A stretch of 64,000 nt of DNA, from the IMG/VR virus record IMGVR_UViG_3300008954_000002, positions 64,001 to 128,000 of that record; one strand, written 5' to 3'. Shown here piece after piece: positions 56,301 through 64,000 of this stretch. Each line of letters opens with the position of its first letter. Positions within the stretch are counted from its first letter, which is position 1. The DNA is from a virus. The position numbers and the translations under genes were made by a program. Under the pieces are notes generated by a model that did not search any database, was not told the DNA's origin, and saw only the letters and a program-made list of their open reading frames with translations.

Positions 56301-59221
56301 TACCTCTCGGATATGCCAGCATCCATACGACCTCTCATTAGTTGTTCTGGCATGTTCTCCGAGTCAAACTCAAACTGTACCTCGTTTGCATTTTGCAAGA
56401 GTAATGCTGCAATACCTTCTTCTGTAAGCTCTAGGTTGGCTAATGCGTGCAGTACTTTCTTGCGTCGATCATCGATATCAGGCGAAGCGGTCGGTACAGC
56501 AATGATCTCTTCTTGTACATAAGGATTAGTTTCACTTACTTCAAAAACCATTGAGGATAGGCCAGGATTCCCTTCCTTTGTTTCGCAAGTAGCCCGAGTG
56601 ATACACGAACGCTTACGTAGTGCTGATTGATTACTTTCATTAATCTTGTAATCGGAGTCACTATATGTGCCGAACAATCTAGTAATAAAGTTGTCTGTAC
56701 ACAATGCATGCCCATCAAGTACGGGTCTAAATGCACGAGCATTATGCTGTAGCTTCTGACGCATTTCCTCCATAGATCTGCCGGGCAAAGGTATGCCTGT
56801 TAGCTTGTCATCTATTAAGGCAAACTCCATCATGTAGGATGGCTCAGTTGAGCCAAGATGCTGATGCGTAGGAAACTCAGAACCTAGAATTGGAATGCTG
56901 GCAATGTTGTGCCGCATACCGCCTGCAACGCCAATGAGTACAGCACCATCTCTAAGCAGAATCTTTTTAGTATTGAGAGCGCCATACTCTTCAGTGCCAC
57001 TTACATCGGACCAGTCAAGGTCATCATTGCCTGTGAGTATCGACAAGGTAATAGTACGACGCCAAACATTTACTACATCGCTGCGAGCGTCATAGTACAT
57101 GAAGCCAAGATTTGCTAAGTCTTTGTAATCGTTAAGTATCCCTTCTGCTTCTTCTTGAGTTAACCCTATGCTATCAAGCTGATCCTCGGTTAGCAGAGTC
57201 TCCTCTTGTCCATCTGGCTCTACTACTGTAATAGCTGCTGCTTCTCCAAGCTCTGGATCTGCGGTTGTCGGAGTACTGGTAGTGCTTGAGCTGGGATATG
57301 GGGCATTCTTCTTGGCAAGCTTTTGATCTTCAGAAGTCATGCCCTGGATTACATCCTGCATATATTGCGTATTAGGAGTTTGCCCATCGCGGGCATTTAG
57401 CCACGGAACAGGATTGAAAGGCATCTCCGACGTATTCTCTTGTAACTCAAAATGTAGGTGAGCCCCGGTTCCATAGGTTCCAGACAAGCCTATGGGTTGT
57501 CCTCTCGTTACTACAGCTCCCTTGTTAACATCCGTCTTAGATAGGTGTCTATACACACTTGTCATATTGAGATCAGAGTGGAGTATATACAAGACGCTAC
57601 CCGTAGCAGAGACTACTGTTCCATCCTCAACTGCATATATAGGTGTTCCCTCTGGGATAGGGATGTCGATCCCTTCGTGAGGTCTTTGCACATGCGCAGC
57701 GGGGTGATCCCAACGCCAAGAGAAATGATCAGATAGTCTAAAAGCATTTGGATCATCGTCAACTAGGCAAGGCCTATGCAGTATTAACTTGTGCATGTCC
57801 TTGCGCCGCCACTGGCTTAGCCGAGTGTGACGACCTTCTCCAGGAGCATAGGTTCTACGTTTATGTTGTCCGCGTATCTCTATAGCAGGCAGAGATGAGG
57901 TAGCGCCAGTTCTTTCTTTGCTTTGAGTTTCAACTGCTGCCTCTTGTAACTTCTTCTGCGCATCGCTGAGCTTGGCAATAATATCTGGGGTAAGGTTGAG
58001 AGTTCTATAATCTTCGTAATGAAAGATAGTTCTCTTCATTGTTGAGAGGAATGTCGACACCCATCGTTGCCTAAGTACTGGAGGTACTCCTCCAGTGTGA
58101 AGTCCAGTCACATATCCGGTAGCCTCGTCCATGGAGGTAAAGGAGGCAACGCTTTTATATAGAAGACCTGCACCTGTAGTAGAGCCACCCGGAAATTCAA
58201 AAATGTCTTGGTAGACATCAATCCCAAAGTTATCATATAAGGACTTTGCCTGTAGCGAGTTAATAAATCTTACATAGATGTTGGATAGGGCGGGCGTCAC
58301 TACCCATGCACTAGCTTGCATCCTGCTTGGGAGTGGTAGCAGATCAAAGACGCGACCAGCATGAGTTCTCTCCATGTCGTGTAGGGTCATAGTCTTTGAA
58401 GAGCTTCGTTCAATAGCTTCAAGAACAACGCTAAATGTTTCACGGGCTGGGTCTTCTTGGCGAGGACCCTCTTCCCCTGCCCTGTATTGGCTTTGGTTAA
58501 AGTTAGAGAAACCCTCTACACCTCTAATGATTGTTGGTAGCCATCCCTTCTCTCTCCCTTCGTCTTCGCTCTTCTCTGTGTACCATGAGTTAGCTTCCTT
58601 TTCATGCCCAACCATACTCTCTATGAAAGGGCCAATCCAAACAGGGATACTATATCTAACTGTATCTGTCACCGCAGACGAAGAGGACCCCTTAGATCCT
58701 GCACTAGGCACTTTTATGCTTTCTGTTGCCCACTCTCTTCTAAAAAGGAAGTTGACAGCATAGGGAGCATAATTAAACCAGCGCAGATCTATCTCGCATG
58801 CAAAAGTGCCTGGCGTTCCCTTCATAGGAGAGACATTGATAGAAGACATTGTAAAGGCCATTTGCTGCCAGACTTCCCAGCGTGGGACAATAGTCTCACG
58901 TAGATAGTCGTTCTCAATCCAACAGAAGGGAGAGTGCTTGAACTGGACTATCAGCCTGTGCAGAGACAATAGCATGTCTGGTGTAAAGATAATATTAAGG
59001 CTTACCTGTACAAGCCCATGCCCGCTAGGAACTTTAGTAGAGACTCTTGAGCGTAGGGTGTTCCATTGCCAATACATATCCTCCTTACGAACAGAGATCT
59101 GAGTAGGCGGAATTACTAGCTCTATGTCGTTGATGGTAAATACAGCATTAGGATCCGATGCGTCTTTACCATCCCGATATTCCCAGCTGCGGTCGGCTGC
59201 GCCTCTAATAATACCTGCCAT
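50333..59221 (-). CDS. Giant (2962 aa) tail/baseplate hub protein with an M23 peptidase domain
   Basis: HEGID..GTPIYAV..YRHL..HLHFE (M23, ~57400-57690); hub-like IQLRAGYS..SGRV and GNPRIKPWD..VEQVVH; hydrophobic Gly/Ala segments. Confidence 0.85.
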   Translation of the reverse strand: MAGIIRGAADRSWEYRDGKDASDPNAVFTINDIELVIPPTQISVRKEDMYWQWNTLRSRVSTKVPSGHGLVQVSLNIIFTPDMLLSLHRLIVQFKHSPFCWIENDYLRETIVPRWEVWQQMAFTMSSINVSPMKGTPGTFACEIDLRWFNYAPYAVNFLFRREWATESIKVPSAGSKGSSSSAVTDTVRYSIPVWIGPFIESMVGHEKEANSWYTEKSEDEGREKGWLPTIIRGVEGFSNFNQSQYRAGEEGPRQEDPARETFSVVLEAIERSSSKTMTLHDMERTHAGRVFDLLPLPSRMQASAWVVTPALSNIYVRFINSLQAKSLYDNFGIDVYQDIFEFPGGSTTGAGLLYKSVASFTSMDEATGYVTGLHTGGVPPVLRQRWVSTFLSTMKRTIFHYEDYRTLNLTPDIIAKLSDAQKKLQEAAVETQSKERTGATSSLPAIEIRGQHKRRTYAPGEGRHTRLSQWRRKDMHKLILHRPCLVDDDPNAFRLSDHFSWRWDHPAAHVQRPHEGIDIPIPEGTPIYAVEDGTVVSATGSVLYILHSDLNMTSVYRHLSKTDVNKGAVVTRGQPIGLSGTYGTGAHLHFELQENTSEMPFNPVPWLNARDGQTPNTQYMQDVIQGMTSEDQKLAKKNAPYPSSSTTSTPTTADPELGEAAAITVVEPDGQEETLLTEDQLDSIGLTQEEAEGILNDYKDLANLGFMYYDARSDVVNVWRRTITLSILTGNDDLDWSDVSGTEEYGALNTKKILLRDGAVLIGVAGGMRHNIASIPILGSEFPTHQHLGSTEPSYMMEFALIDDKLTGIPLPGRSMEEMRQKLQHNARAFRPVLDGHALCTDNFITRLFGTYSDSDYKINESNQSALRKRSCITRATCETKEGNPGLSSMVFEVSETNPYVQEEIIAVPTASPDIDDRRKKVLHALANLELTEEGIAALLLQNANEVQFEFDSENMPEQLMRGRMDAGISERYASRVAVFDQDISVTGQDKFYSQLFGETALKQVNMFEAVGAAPFIRADGSDSFMMTEKEIRTSFGDEAFERAKQYQVPGRGADLYDVGNSDAGIRELIQDTEQDAYVINKSIMADYLDRTGGDLTSDIELTTAQLEAAGYIDPVDPLGTPRAALSLGGIDQAHSMAESARIIKDIESRAIKATLVDASFVDVTQFHYANPRLQDVDIEIVRHYHAFLLGLIQEANCLVSEPNVPGAVTEEHFKEQLYNLPNLEQEMWQRFGYWMYAYVKWRYGDWLKADSVGAWLSKNLGAYAPAEIKSLGVNPWSTQAEFKARLDDGLGFGYVGIKHTTSVVMSGPWRGIKRIAFGAIDNTALAVDSAVNFLTPMESRRGDGSQWQQILRRNDKPTMFDHFIGSIDSDGSTDVPFWAGEGTTTIDNNRKEAEADVETVVQLYINDIMPLHDQILMSASDTILAPFKKFIESVEDTSFLGFKGHLAALAWWSLPPRYLQSEGSVEQGNYTYQRTTLPPIKTSIQYEENKIKKIRSGLVDLADRLLSNMPLLSLFGLEELATTDLSGGVANWSGIQCYPDMDLPAHPYYPDRLHATNPDFYMWSIYEDAPGAVSAAIVEDLQDNLAAQINGSYDHLKKMQGSGIRSKDDKGLTTGATAQSPIMSALVHHPTGTDDVDSLTKIGGRWDYLKEAELNPMEVAFWDPDSFVQRSANVEKQIKKLSEQIKNMPRGTKEQEKARDNAKTVLARLKTISTEGGLKPLIPYLSLTDGILGSDQARVDANVYRDLVQKVAKSEAMFGSKAGYLGEYLTDETATNTVDSVEDTRLAAMDTYTHAFDPESLKNLTNDSAHDIISEKLTLRRAYPTFKLMLIEEDELNSRLLNFDDFYTYNGVKEFTVVQSRESAADTATIVLQNVSGSLDGTKREAVVDLDYFDRERAAKIKELNDSTQAHNNVPEVEDGRHQPFSAVVMRPGMNIQLRAGYSNDPNMLEVLISGRVVDVMWNSQGDLCELTVQSFGVELTADIKGRNDGRYGENDEALVFETTHKLLSSMMLQPEVLHFGRWKIGQLFQYGESKDARLDFVDYSEKDFWGWFSFTGKMMKFMKTHPVISTGIAIGIAALSITPMGRAGAAAGASKGIVSRLMGGAAAKIGGGSTWGGFAGKNLAVTAKGINQRIGAAIGMAKGGSRGSVVNKFLHSGGVSSESIRKAGLRPLLTKLAGTTTKAEKTAVFAEIETAFTTLAKSETSRVRGLVLGYSGANLGGLTFFQGAQQIAGSGFNIFGRVLAINSRAFLAATAASIGLQAAADVLGWGYDITIGEVKRNYTRKKASLFLSPQDDNLYPPNPKDYMTLEFEFWEWSTIKRLGAVVAGGFAGALMGVPGTADKVGEWYDAWTQPDKWQTNKQLLPSECLYQVQNSTIWDLFHEMSLRHPGWIYGPRPYGTSLRYTMFFGVPGQRYWSKPATNNFVDRMNTLREHLEDGNINRDIYEKLYGAVALKKIEDAFSFEIKERIDSSSSLPESYVELGESFNPFNPNNIEDISDVDGNFQSYVKKPESYAASASLDHLNLRFTNEVMEEYLKGLENRFVPFRRYHMLRSETDIVSNNIMGSEHNVVNAVSVLYHDRDRLVSKTLPMKASSFIKEPDLNVLPVSFSNVIGKKAAMRYGMSSLMYGLKKMYRGELLVLGNPRIKPWDICYLLDDYNDMFGPIEVEQVVHMFSYETGFLTEIKPNAVVFANEISTWPVLEGLKLYCMAVRDKEQGTGTVGPDGIPRDGGGSSHWWESAVTDPDYKARLAKKYGGIFQEGFDFEEFMSEMLPDDPDITGGFTEGRLPGHNMASLTAALLVGGVTTGLAFGTRGLASAALGKVGISAANGIWSSRIAKAIGIGGTAKGGTWAWNKLDNVFNNLGASWLVAGPILFAKCLQEETVAVVPLTKGGRPIVSGLQQGDPMAIWRNIFGDVTNIIDDTMWGIDDVTREWTAWKDAIWRTPWTGLRANRMTGIPE

Positions 59222-62200
59222 TAGTCACCCATCAGTCTGTCAATATAGTTAGGAGTCAGTGGTCTCCTAGTGTCATTAATTCGTATTGAGCCAGAACCTC
59301 TAATGCCTGCAAGAAAATCCATAGAAGCTCTTACTCCACTAGTAGAGGGTACCTCACCTCTAATTTGATAAGCGTTTTGTCTTGAGAAATAAGTTTCTCC
59401 AGTGTTTACAGGCCTATGCATCATATCATTGTGTGGTCCCCCACCCAAGCTTTCTGGGGTGGGCATGTTGTCTTCTCTTGGTGCAAACAGCTCTCCTCTT
59501 CGTATAGCTGTTGCTACTCCAGAGTCCATTACTTCACCAGCAGACAACATTGGAGTAGGTGAATATCCTTCACTTCCCATAACTCCTTTAAGTGCTAAAG
59601 TAATACCTACACCTGCAGCTACGGGACCAAGGAATCGTTTGTCTAGCTTCTGTGTAGCGCTTGTAATGCGATTAGTGGTTGCAGCTATCTCATCCATGGT
59701 GCCTGCAAGACCAGTAGTAGTCTCAAGGGCAAGTCCTGCTTCCATAGCATGTCTTTGTTCGACCTGAAGAGCAAAGGCTCTCCGTGTTGCAGCTTTCTCA
59801 CCTTTGAACATTTGGGCATTCTGATAGGCAGTCCCACTAAATTCTGCACCTGTCTCGTGTACATAGCGCGCAGCCATACGGCCAGACTCAACTAAGGAGC
59901 CAACACTAACCGCTCTGCCTTCTTGCAGCAGTGACTTGTTGAGCTGCTGCATTATTTTGGCTTCTTCTCCGGTACCGCCCAGCCCCCCCAGTTGCTGGGC
60001 TAGCATATCTTTATTGAAGCCAGTAATTCTAAGACCTTCCTTCGTATTTATGGCTGAGCCTTCAAAGATGTCTTCTAGAACTTTCTGGTACTTAAGTGAG
60101 CCTGCTTCAGATCCACCAGTTCGGATCATCTCATTAGTAGCTTCAATAAGATCTCCTGCCATATTTTTATAATGTGCATGGTGTTTGGCTTTGATTGCTA
60201 CAATCTCTTCTATAGCAGTAAGACCAGCTAGCCCCTGCTGGGCAGCACTATATCCCATCTCTGCAGAAGTTTGTACTGTCCCCAACCTAAGCTTGTTAAG
60301 CGCCACATCAATTCTGCCAATGTCTTTAGCAGTAGCTTCTTTCATAACCTCATGATAGCGAGCTTCTTGAGGTGAGAGCTCACCTAATGCGCTTACTTCC
60401 ATTTGAGCAGTCTTCTTGATAACTTCTGAAGCCTCCTCCATGATAGCGCCTACTTCAGCCCTATACCTAAGGGCTTCATTTGAAAACATCTCTTTTGCTG
60501 CAGAGGATTTCTGGAAGTAACCACTAGTGCCTTTCTTTGCAGAGGGAAAGAACAGCTGATAGTTATCGCCATCAAAGTCACCAATCATTCCAGCAGCAAA
60601 ACTAAGGTTTAGCTTTATGCCCTTCTTCCTGTTGTTGTAGTGGACATCTACTTCAAAGTTGGGAATATAAACCTTGCCTCCGCCCTCTGTCGGTGCCAAA
60701 GCACTTATGTTTCTAGCCATGCTCTGGAAGAAGTCACCCATTGCTCCCCCTGCCTTCCGTCTAAGCCCTTTCTCTGTGCCAGGAAGCGCCATCCGTCTCA
60801 TCTCTTGGAAGCTAGATGGCCTCCTACCTGTAGCAGCCTCAAACCTAGCAAGAGCAGCTTTACCTTCTGGAGTGCCTCTAGTGAACTTGCCAAACATTAC
60901 ATCCGCCCGACCTGTTTCAGGTGCATATCTGAATGTCTGGGCAGGGGCTACATGCCCTGGGCCAAGCACTGGATCTCGACCTAGGATAGTTTCAGTTCCC
61001 TCTGTAAGTCTCGCTTCCATTCCAAGGAAGTAAGACTGGAATCGAGATCCCATTTCTTCCATGGCAGCACCCTTAGCTTTCCCACCTGTCATACCTACCG
61101 CCTCATAAGAAGCAGTAGCTCCACCCATGTATCCACGCATTGAATCTAGAAAGCGTTGTGTATCGGCAAAAACCGCACTGCCACTAGAGCGCTTAAAAGC
61201 AAGCTGGGTCCGTGACAACTGTGCCTTGGTAAGCTCAGTGGTTGGAAATTCACCTGCTATCTGAAGACTAGCACCCAACCCATAGGAAGAGCCTCTAAGC
61301 TTTCCTCTTAGGACACTATTGTAAGTATTCCCAAATAGCTCACTAATGCCTGCCTTCCATTCGCGCAGTAAGTCGGCGTTTGCACCCGCGTCCACAGACT
61401 GCCTAATGGTATTCAAGTTGTCGGATAGAAGATGTATCTTTCGTGTGTACTCCCCATGTATTGGCTTTGGTCCCTCAGCAGTTTTAATTTCAACACCCCT
61501 CATAAGTGCCATAGTGTTACCGCCAGCAATTCTAATTTGTCGAGTTCCAAGTGCAGCTTCTGCAGCTCTTCCTGTCTTATCTCTTACTCCACCAAGGTCA
61601 AGTATAAAGCCTTCCTTATGCTGTGCAAGCAATTCGGTCATGGCTCGTGTATCACGCGATCCTTCGAGAAAGGCGTCTACGCCTATAGTAGTAAGCTTTT
61701 GGGATGCTTTATATCCAGCAACTACTCCCTCTCGTCCACTAAGCGTGAGCTGCATCTTGGAAAGATCCTGAACAATCTTCAAGTGTTCAGCTGCTCCTCT
61801 TTTACGAGCAAGAACCATAGCCATAAAGTCGTTGGCCTCATTAGCGGGCATTCCGAGATTAGCTACTTGATGCTGAAGGAACTGGTAATAGCGCGGCTCT
61901 ATAGAAGACTCTGCTGATCGAAGTATCTGAGAAAGTGGACCTGGAGTAATAGTATCAGCACCAAGAGCTGTTCCTCTCTTAGCTGATGCGATAATTTTCC
62001 CAGCAAGAGGCCCTGCTTCTCCTTTGATAAGGTTAGCCACTGCTGTCTGTGCTTCACCCTTTGCACCAAACCCATATAAGTCTGCGTGCTTGTAAAGCCC
62101 AGCCATAACCATGCCCATCTGCCCGGTTCTTGCTTCTGCATTAGGCAGTGCAAGCATTTTCTTCAAGGTAAGGCTTGCCATGTTCTCAAGATAAGCCCGG

Positions 62201-63999
62201 TCTCTAGCTACCTTTGACATGCCCTTATAGGCTGCGTCAGGGAGAGCGTCCTTATCCTTATTAATGGTGTTGAATAAACTATTCCAAGTTTTGTCTTTTG
62301 TTCCATAGCCCGCCATGAGACCCATACCGGTAACCATCTGTCTAGCTACTGCTCCTGAACCCTTCTTGAGCATGCCTCCACCAGAGAGCATTGTCTGTTC
62401 TGCTCCAAGCCCCAGCGCTTGGACCTCGCTAAGAACCCCGGCTCTACCCAGCATCTCGCGTTGCATTTCCGGTGTCATTCCCTTAGTAAAAGATTTTGTA
62501 AGTGTCGAGAAGGCTTTGGCAGAACTCGTATCTATAACTACGCTGCCACCAAAATGAATCCTAGGTGTACCCATAACATTAGAGGCACTCTCAAATGCAA
62601 GATTAAGCTCTTGCATGCCTGTGTAATGTGCAAGCTCTGCTCCTTGCCCTATCTGAGAAAGAGTATTGCCGTACTTGCCAAAGAACTTAGCTATCTCTTT
62701 CTCACCACTCACACTAATCTTACCTGCTCCAGAAGACCAAGCAGTCTGTCCTTCAAGAAGCTCATTGAGCAGCTGGGTAGATGGAAGATCCAATGCCGCA
62801 ACGTCCAGTACAGACTTCTGTATTGCTTGCCTAACTCTTGCCTTGCCTCCAAGCCAAGCTTCACCTGGCCCAAGAGAAAAGACATTCTTACCACTAAGAT
62901 CCATGACGATAGCTTTATTCATACCACCTGTTAGACCATTAGACCACCCTACGTTTTGGCCAAACTGCTGAAAGGTTCTTGATGAGCCGAGTGTACTTTC
63001 TACTGGATTTGCAGGCTGGACAAACATGCCTTCCCTACCAGTAACCTGCCTAATACGCATTGTTGCTGGTAGTGTACCTCGATCTGTTAATCCAAGTGGT
63101 GTAATTTGGCTTAGAGGACTGTTGGCACCTAGTCCAATTCGCGTCCAAGAGCCTCCGCCGGGAAGCCGCTTTACTTCATGGCTGCCACCAATATCAAAAA
63201 GACCTCCCTCTGCATACGCAAAATACTTTCTAAGCTCAGTCTGTGCCTTTAGATCAAGAGCGTCCCACCCAGCGATAGTCATGCTTGAATGACTAATAGC
63301 TTGTTGTGCTAACAGGTGCCCCCTCATAGGAGAAGAACCCGGTATTGATACAGCCCTGCTTTGCGATGTGCCAAAGCTCCGTTGGAATTTGCCAACAGTA
63401 TCTGCATTAATCTTGCTTGCATTGCCGCCAACAGCTTTCAGTCTATTGAGAAAGTCATTGGCAAAGAAATCAGTTACACTCCCGATGGCACCTGCCTTCT
63501 TAAGGCGACCGATACTATTTTGATCCCAGACTGCTGCACCAGGAGCACCCGTCTTTCTAAATTCGTTTAACAGCTTTGTTGCATCTGCAAATAAAATATC
63601 AGCACTATACTGTGCAGTACTTTGAGCACCTACTCTAAAAACAGGAACGCCACTTGGGCTGTTCAGGCTTAGAGGTATGCTTGCTCTGAAGGTACTACGG
63701 TTGCGCCCCTTGTTATATATGTGGGCATAAAGATCATCTCCTTGCCCCTGCATAATCCTGACCTCGCCAGTGCCCCTCATTGCTTTCTCAAATTGCCCCT
63801 TCCATGCTGCTATCTTGGGAGATAGTTCTCCTGAGAACTCAGTGAAATTAGGGTTGAGTCCTCTTAGATTATACGTAGGAGCCTGTAGCTGCTCTCGCAT
63901 TCCTTGGTTTCTACCCAGCAAACGATGGAATGTAGCTTGGGCTTCTGGAGTGCCACTCTCTAAAACCGTATTCACAGTACTCTGTACTATTTTGGCTGC
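59221..63999 (-). CDS. Large structural-operon protein with two-barrel RNA polymerase motifs (5'-truncated by the window edge)
   Basis: AGMIGDFDGD (DFDGD at 60565-60579), ILGRDPVL, LRGKLRGS; frame is open to the window end. Confidence 0.75.
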   Translation of the reverse strand, partial: AAKIVQSTVNTVLESGTPEAQATFHRLLGRNQGMREQLQAPTYNLRGLNPNFTEFSGELSPKIAAWKGQFEKAMRGTGEVRIMQGQGDDLYAHIYNKGRNRSTFRASIPLSLNSPSGVPVFRVGAQSTAQYSADILFADATKLLNEFRKTGAPGAAVWDQNSIGRLKKAGAIGSVTDFFANDFLNRLKAVGGNASKINADTVGKFQRSFGTSQSRAVSIPGSSPMRGHLLAQQAISHSSMTIAGWDALDLKAQTELRKYFAYAEGGLFDIGGSHEVKRLPGGGSWTRIGLGANSPLSQITPLGLTDRGTLPATMRIRQVTGREGMFVQPANPVESTLGSSRTFQQFGQNVGWSNGLTGGMNKAIVMDLSGKNVFSLGPGEAWLGGKARVRQAIQKSVLDVAALDLPSTQLLNELLEGQTAWSSGAGKISVSGEKEIAKFFGKYGNTLSQIGQGAELAHYTGMQELNLAFESASNVMGTPRIHFGGSVVIDTSSAKAFSTLTKSFTKGMTPEMQREMLGRAGVLSEVQALGLGAEQTMLSGGGMLKKGSGAVARQMVTGMGLMAGYGTKDKTWNSLFNTINKDKDALPDAAYKGMSKVARDRAYLENMASLTLKKMLALPNAEARTGQMGMVMAGLYKHADLYGFGAKGEAQTAVANLIKGEAGPLAGKIIASAKRGTALGADTITPGPLSQILRSAESSIEPRYYQFLQHQVANLGMPANEANDFMAMVLARKRGAAEHLKIVQDLSKMQLTLSGREGVVAGYKASQKLTTIGVDAFLEGSRDTRAMTELLAQHKEGFILDLGGVRDKTGRAAEAALGTRQIRIAGGNTMALMRGVEIKTAEGPKPIHGEYTRKIHLLSDNLNTIRQSVDAGANADLLREWKAGISELFGNTYNSVLRGKLRGSSYGLGASLQIAGEFPTTELTKAQLSRTQLAFKRSSGSAVFADTQRFLDSMRGYMGGATASYEAVGMTGGKAKGAAMEEMGSRFQSYFLGMEARLTEGTETILGRDPVLGPGHVAPAQTFRYAPETGRADVMFGKFTRGTPEGKAALARFEAATGRRPSSFQEMRRMALPGTEKGLRRKAGGAMGDFFQSMARNISALAPTEGGGKVYIPNFEVDVHYNNRKKGIKLNLSFAAGMIGDFDGDNYQLFFPSAKKGTSGYFQKSSAAKEMFSNEALRYRAEVGAIMEEASEVIKKTAQMEVSALGELSPQEARYHEVMKEATAKDIGRIDVALNKLRLGTVQTSAEMGYSAAQQGLAGLTAIEEIVAIKAKHHAHYKNMAGDLIEATNEMIRTGGSEAGSLKYQKVLEDIFEGSAINTKEGLRITGFNKDMLAQQLGGLGGTGEEAKIMQQLNKSLLQEGRAVSVGSLVESGRMAARYVHETGAEFSGTAYQNAQMFKGEKAATRRAFALQVEQRHAMEAGLALETTTGLAGTMDEIAATTNRITSATQKLDKRFLGPVAAGVGITLALKGVMGSEGYSPTPMLSAGEVMDSGVATAIRRGELFAPREDNMPTPESLGGGPHNDMMHRPVNTGETYFSRQNAYQIRGEVPSTSGVRASMDFLAGIRGSGSIRINDTRRPLTPNYIDRLMGD

Positions 64000-64000
64000 A

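Noticed and set aside
27836-63570. Many + strand ORFs of 60-170 aa inside the structural operon
   Set aside because: They are antisense shadows of long genes with no motifs
59221-63999. Plain tape measure protein call
   Set aside because: Composition and position fit, but the ordered RGK / RDP / DFDGD motifs suggest a polymerase domain; a dual role is not excluded
1-64000. Alternative genetic code (stop-codon reassignment)
   Set aside because: Long ORFs tile the window under the standard code, and TAA, TAG and TGA all fall at sensible gene ends

Overview
A 64-kb segment of a large, gene-dense dsDNA tailed phage, probably with a contractile tail. The standard genetic code fits. Two convergent modules meet at a tRNA-Ser(GCT) and a bidirectional terminator (~23.5 kb). 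The + strand arm (1-23.5 kb) covers replication and metabolism: a DnaE-type DNA polymerase III alpha broken into three separate genes, primase-helicase, Cas4-like and Hjc-like nucleases, metallophosphoesterase, IMPDH/GMP reductase, PfkB/HldE-like kinase, ClpP-like protease and two DNA methyltransferases. Tail-fibre-like genes are scattered among these, including inside the dnaE breaks. The - strand arm (23.6-64 kb) is a tail/baseplate operon: baseplate J, gp25-like protein, a 2962-aa hub/M23 protein, fibres and a glycosyltransferase-sulfotransferase-phosphatase cassette. Main findings: (1) the polymerase has a cyanobacterial-type DnaE split intein at one break and an intein-free break through the active site, with a degenerate duplicated segment, at the other; (2) a >1590-aa protein in the structural operon carries ordered beta- and beta'-like two-barrel RNA polymerase motifs (DFDGD) and is a candidate single-chain virion RNAP; (3) a tail-like ORF missing from the ORF track is reachable only by an ACG start or a +1 frameshift at TTT-TAA. 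All assignments come from motif recognition by eye; no database searches were run.
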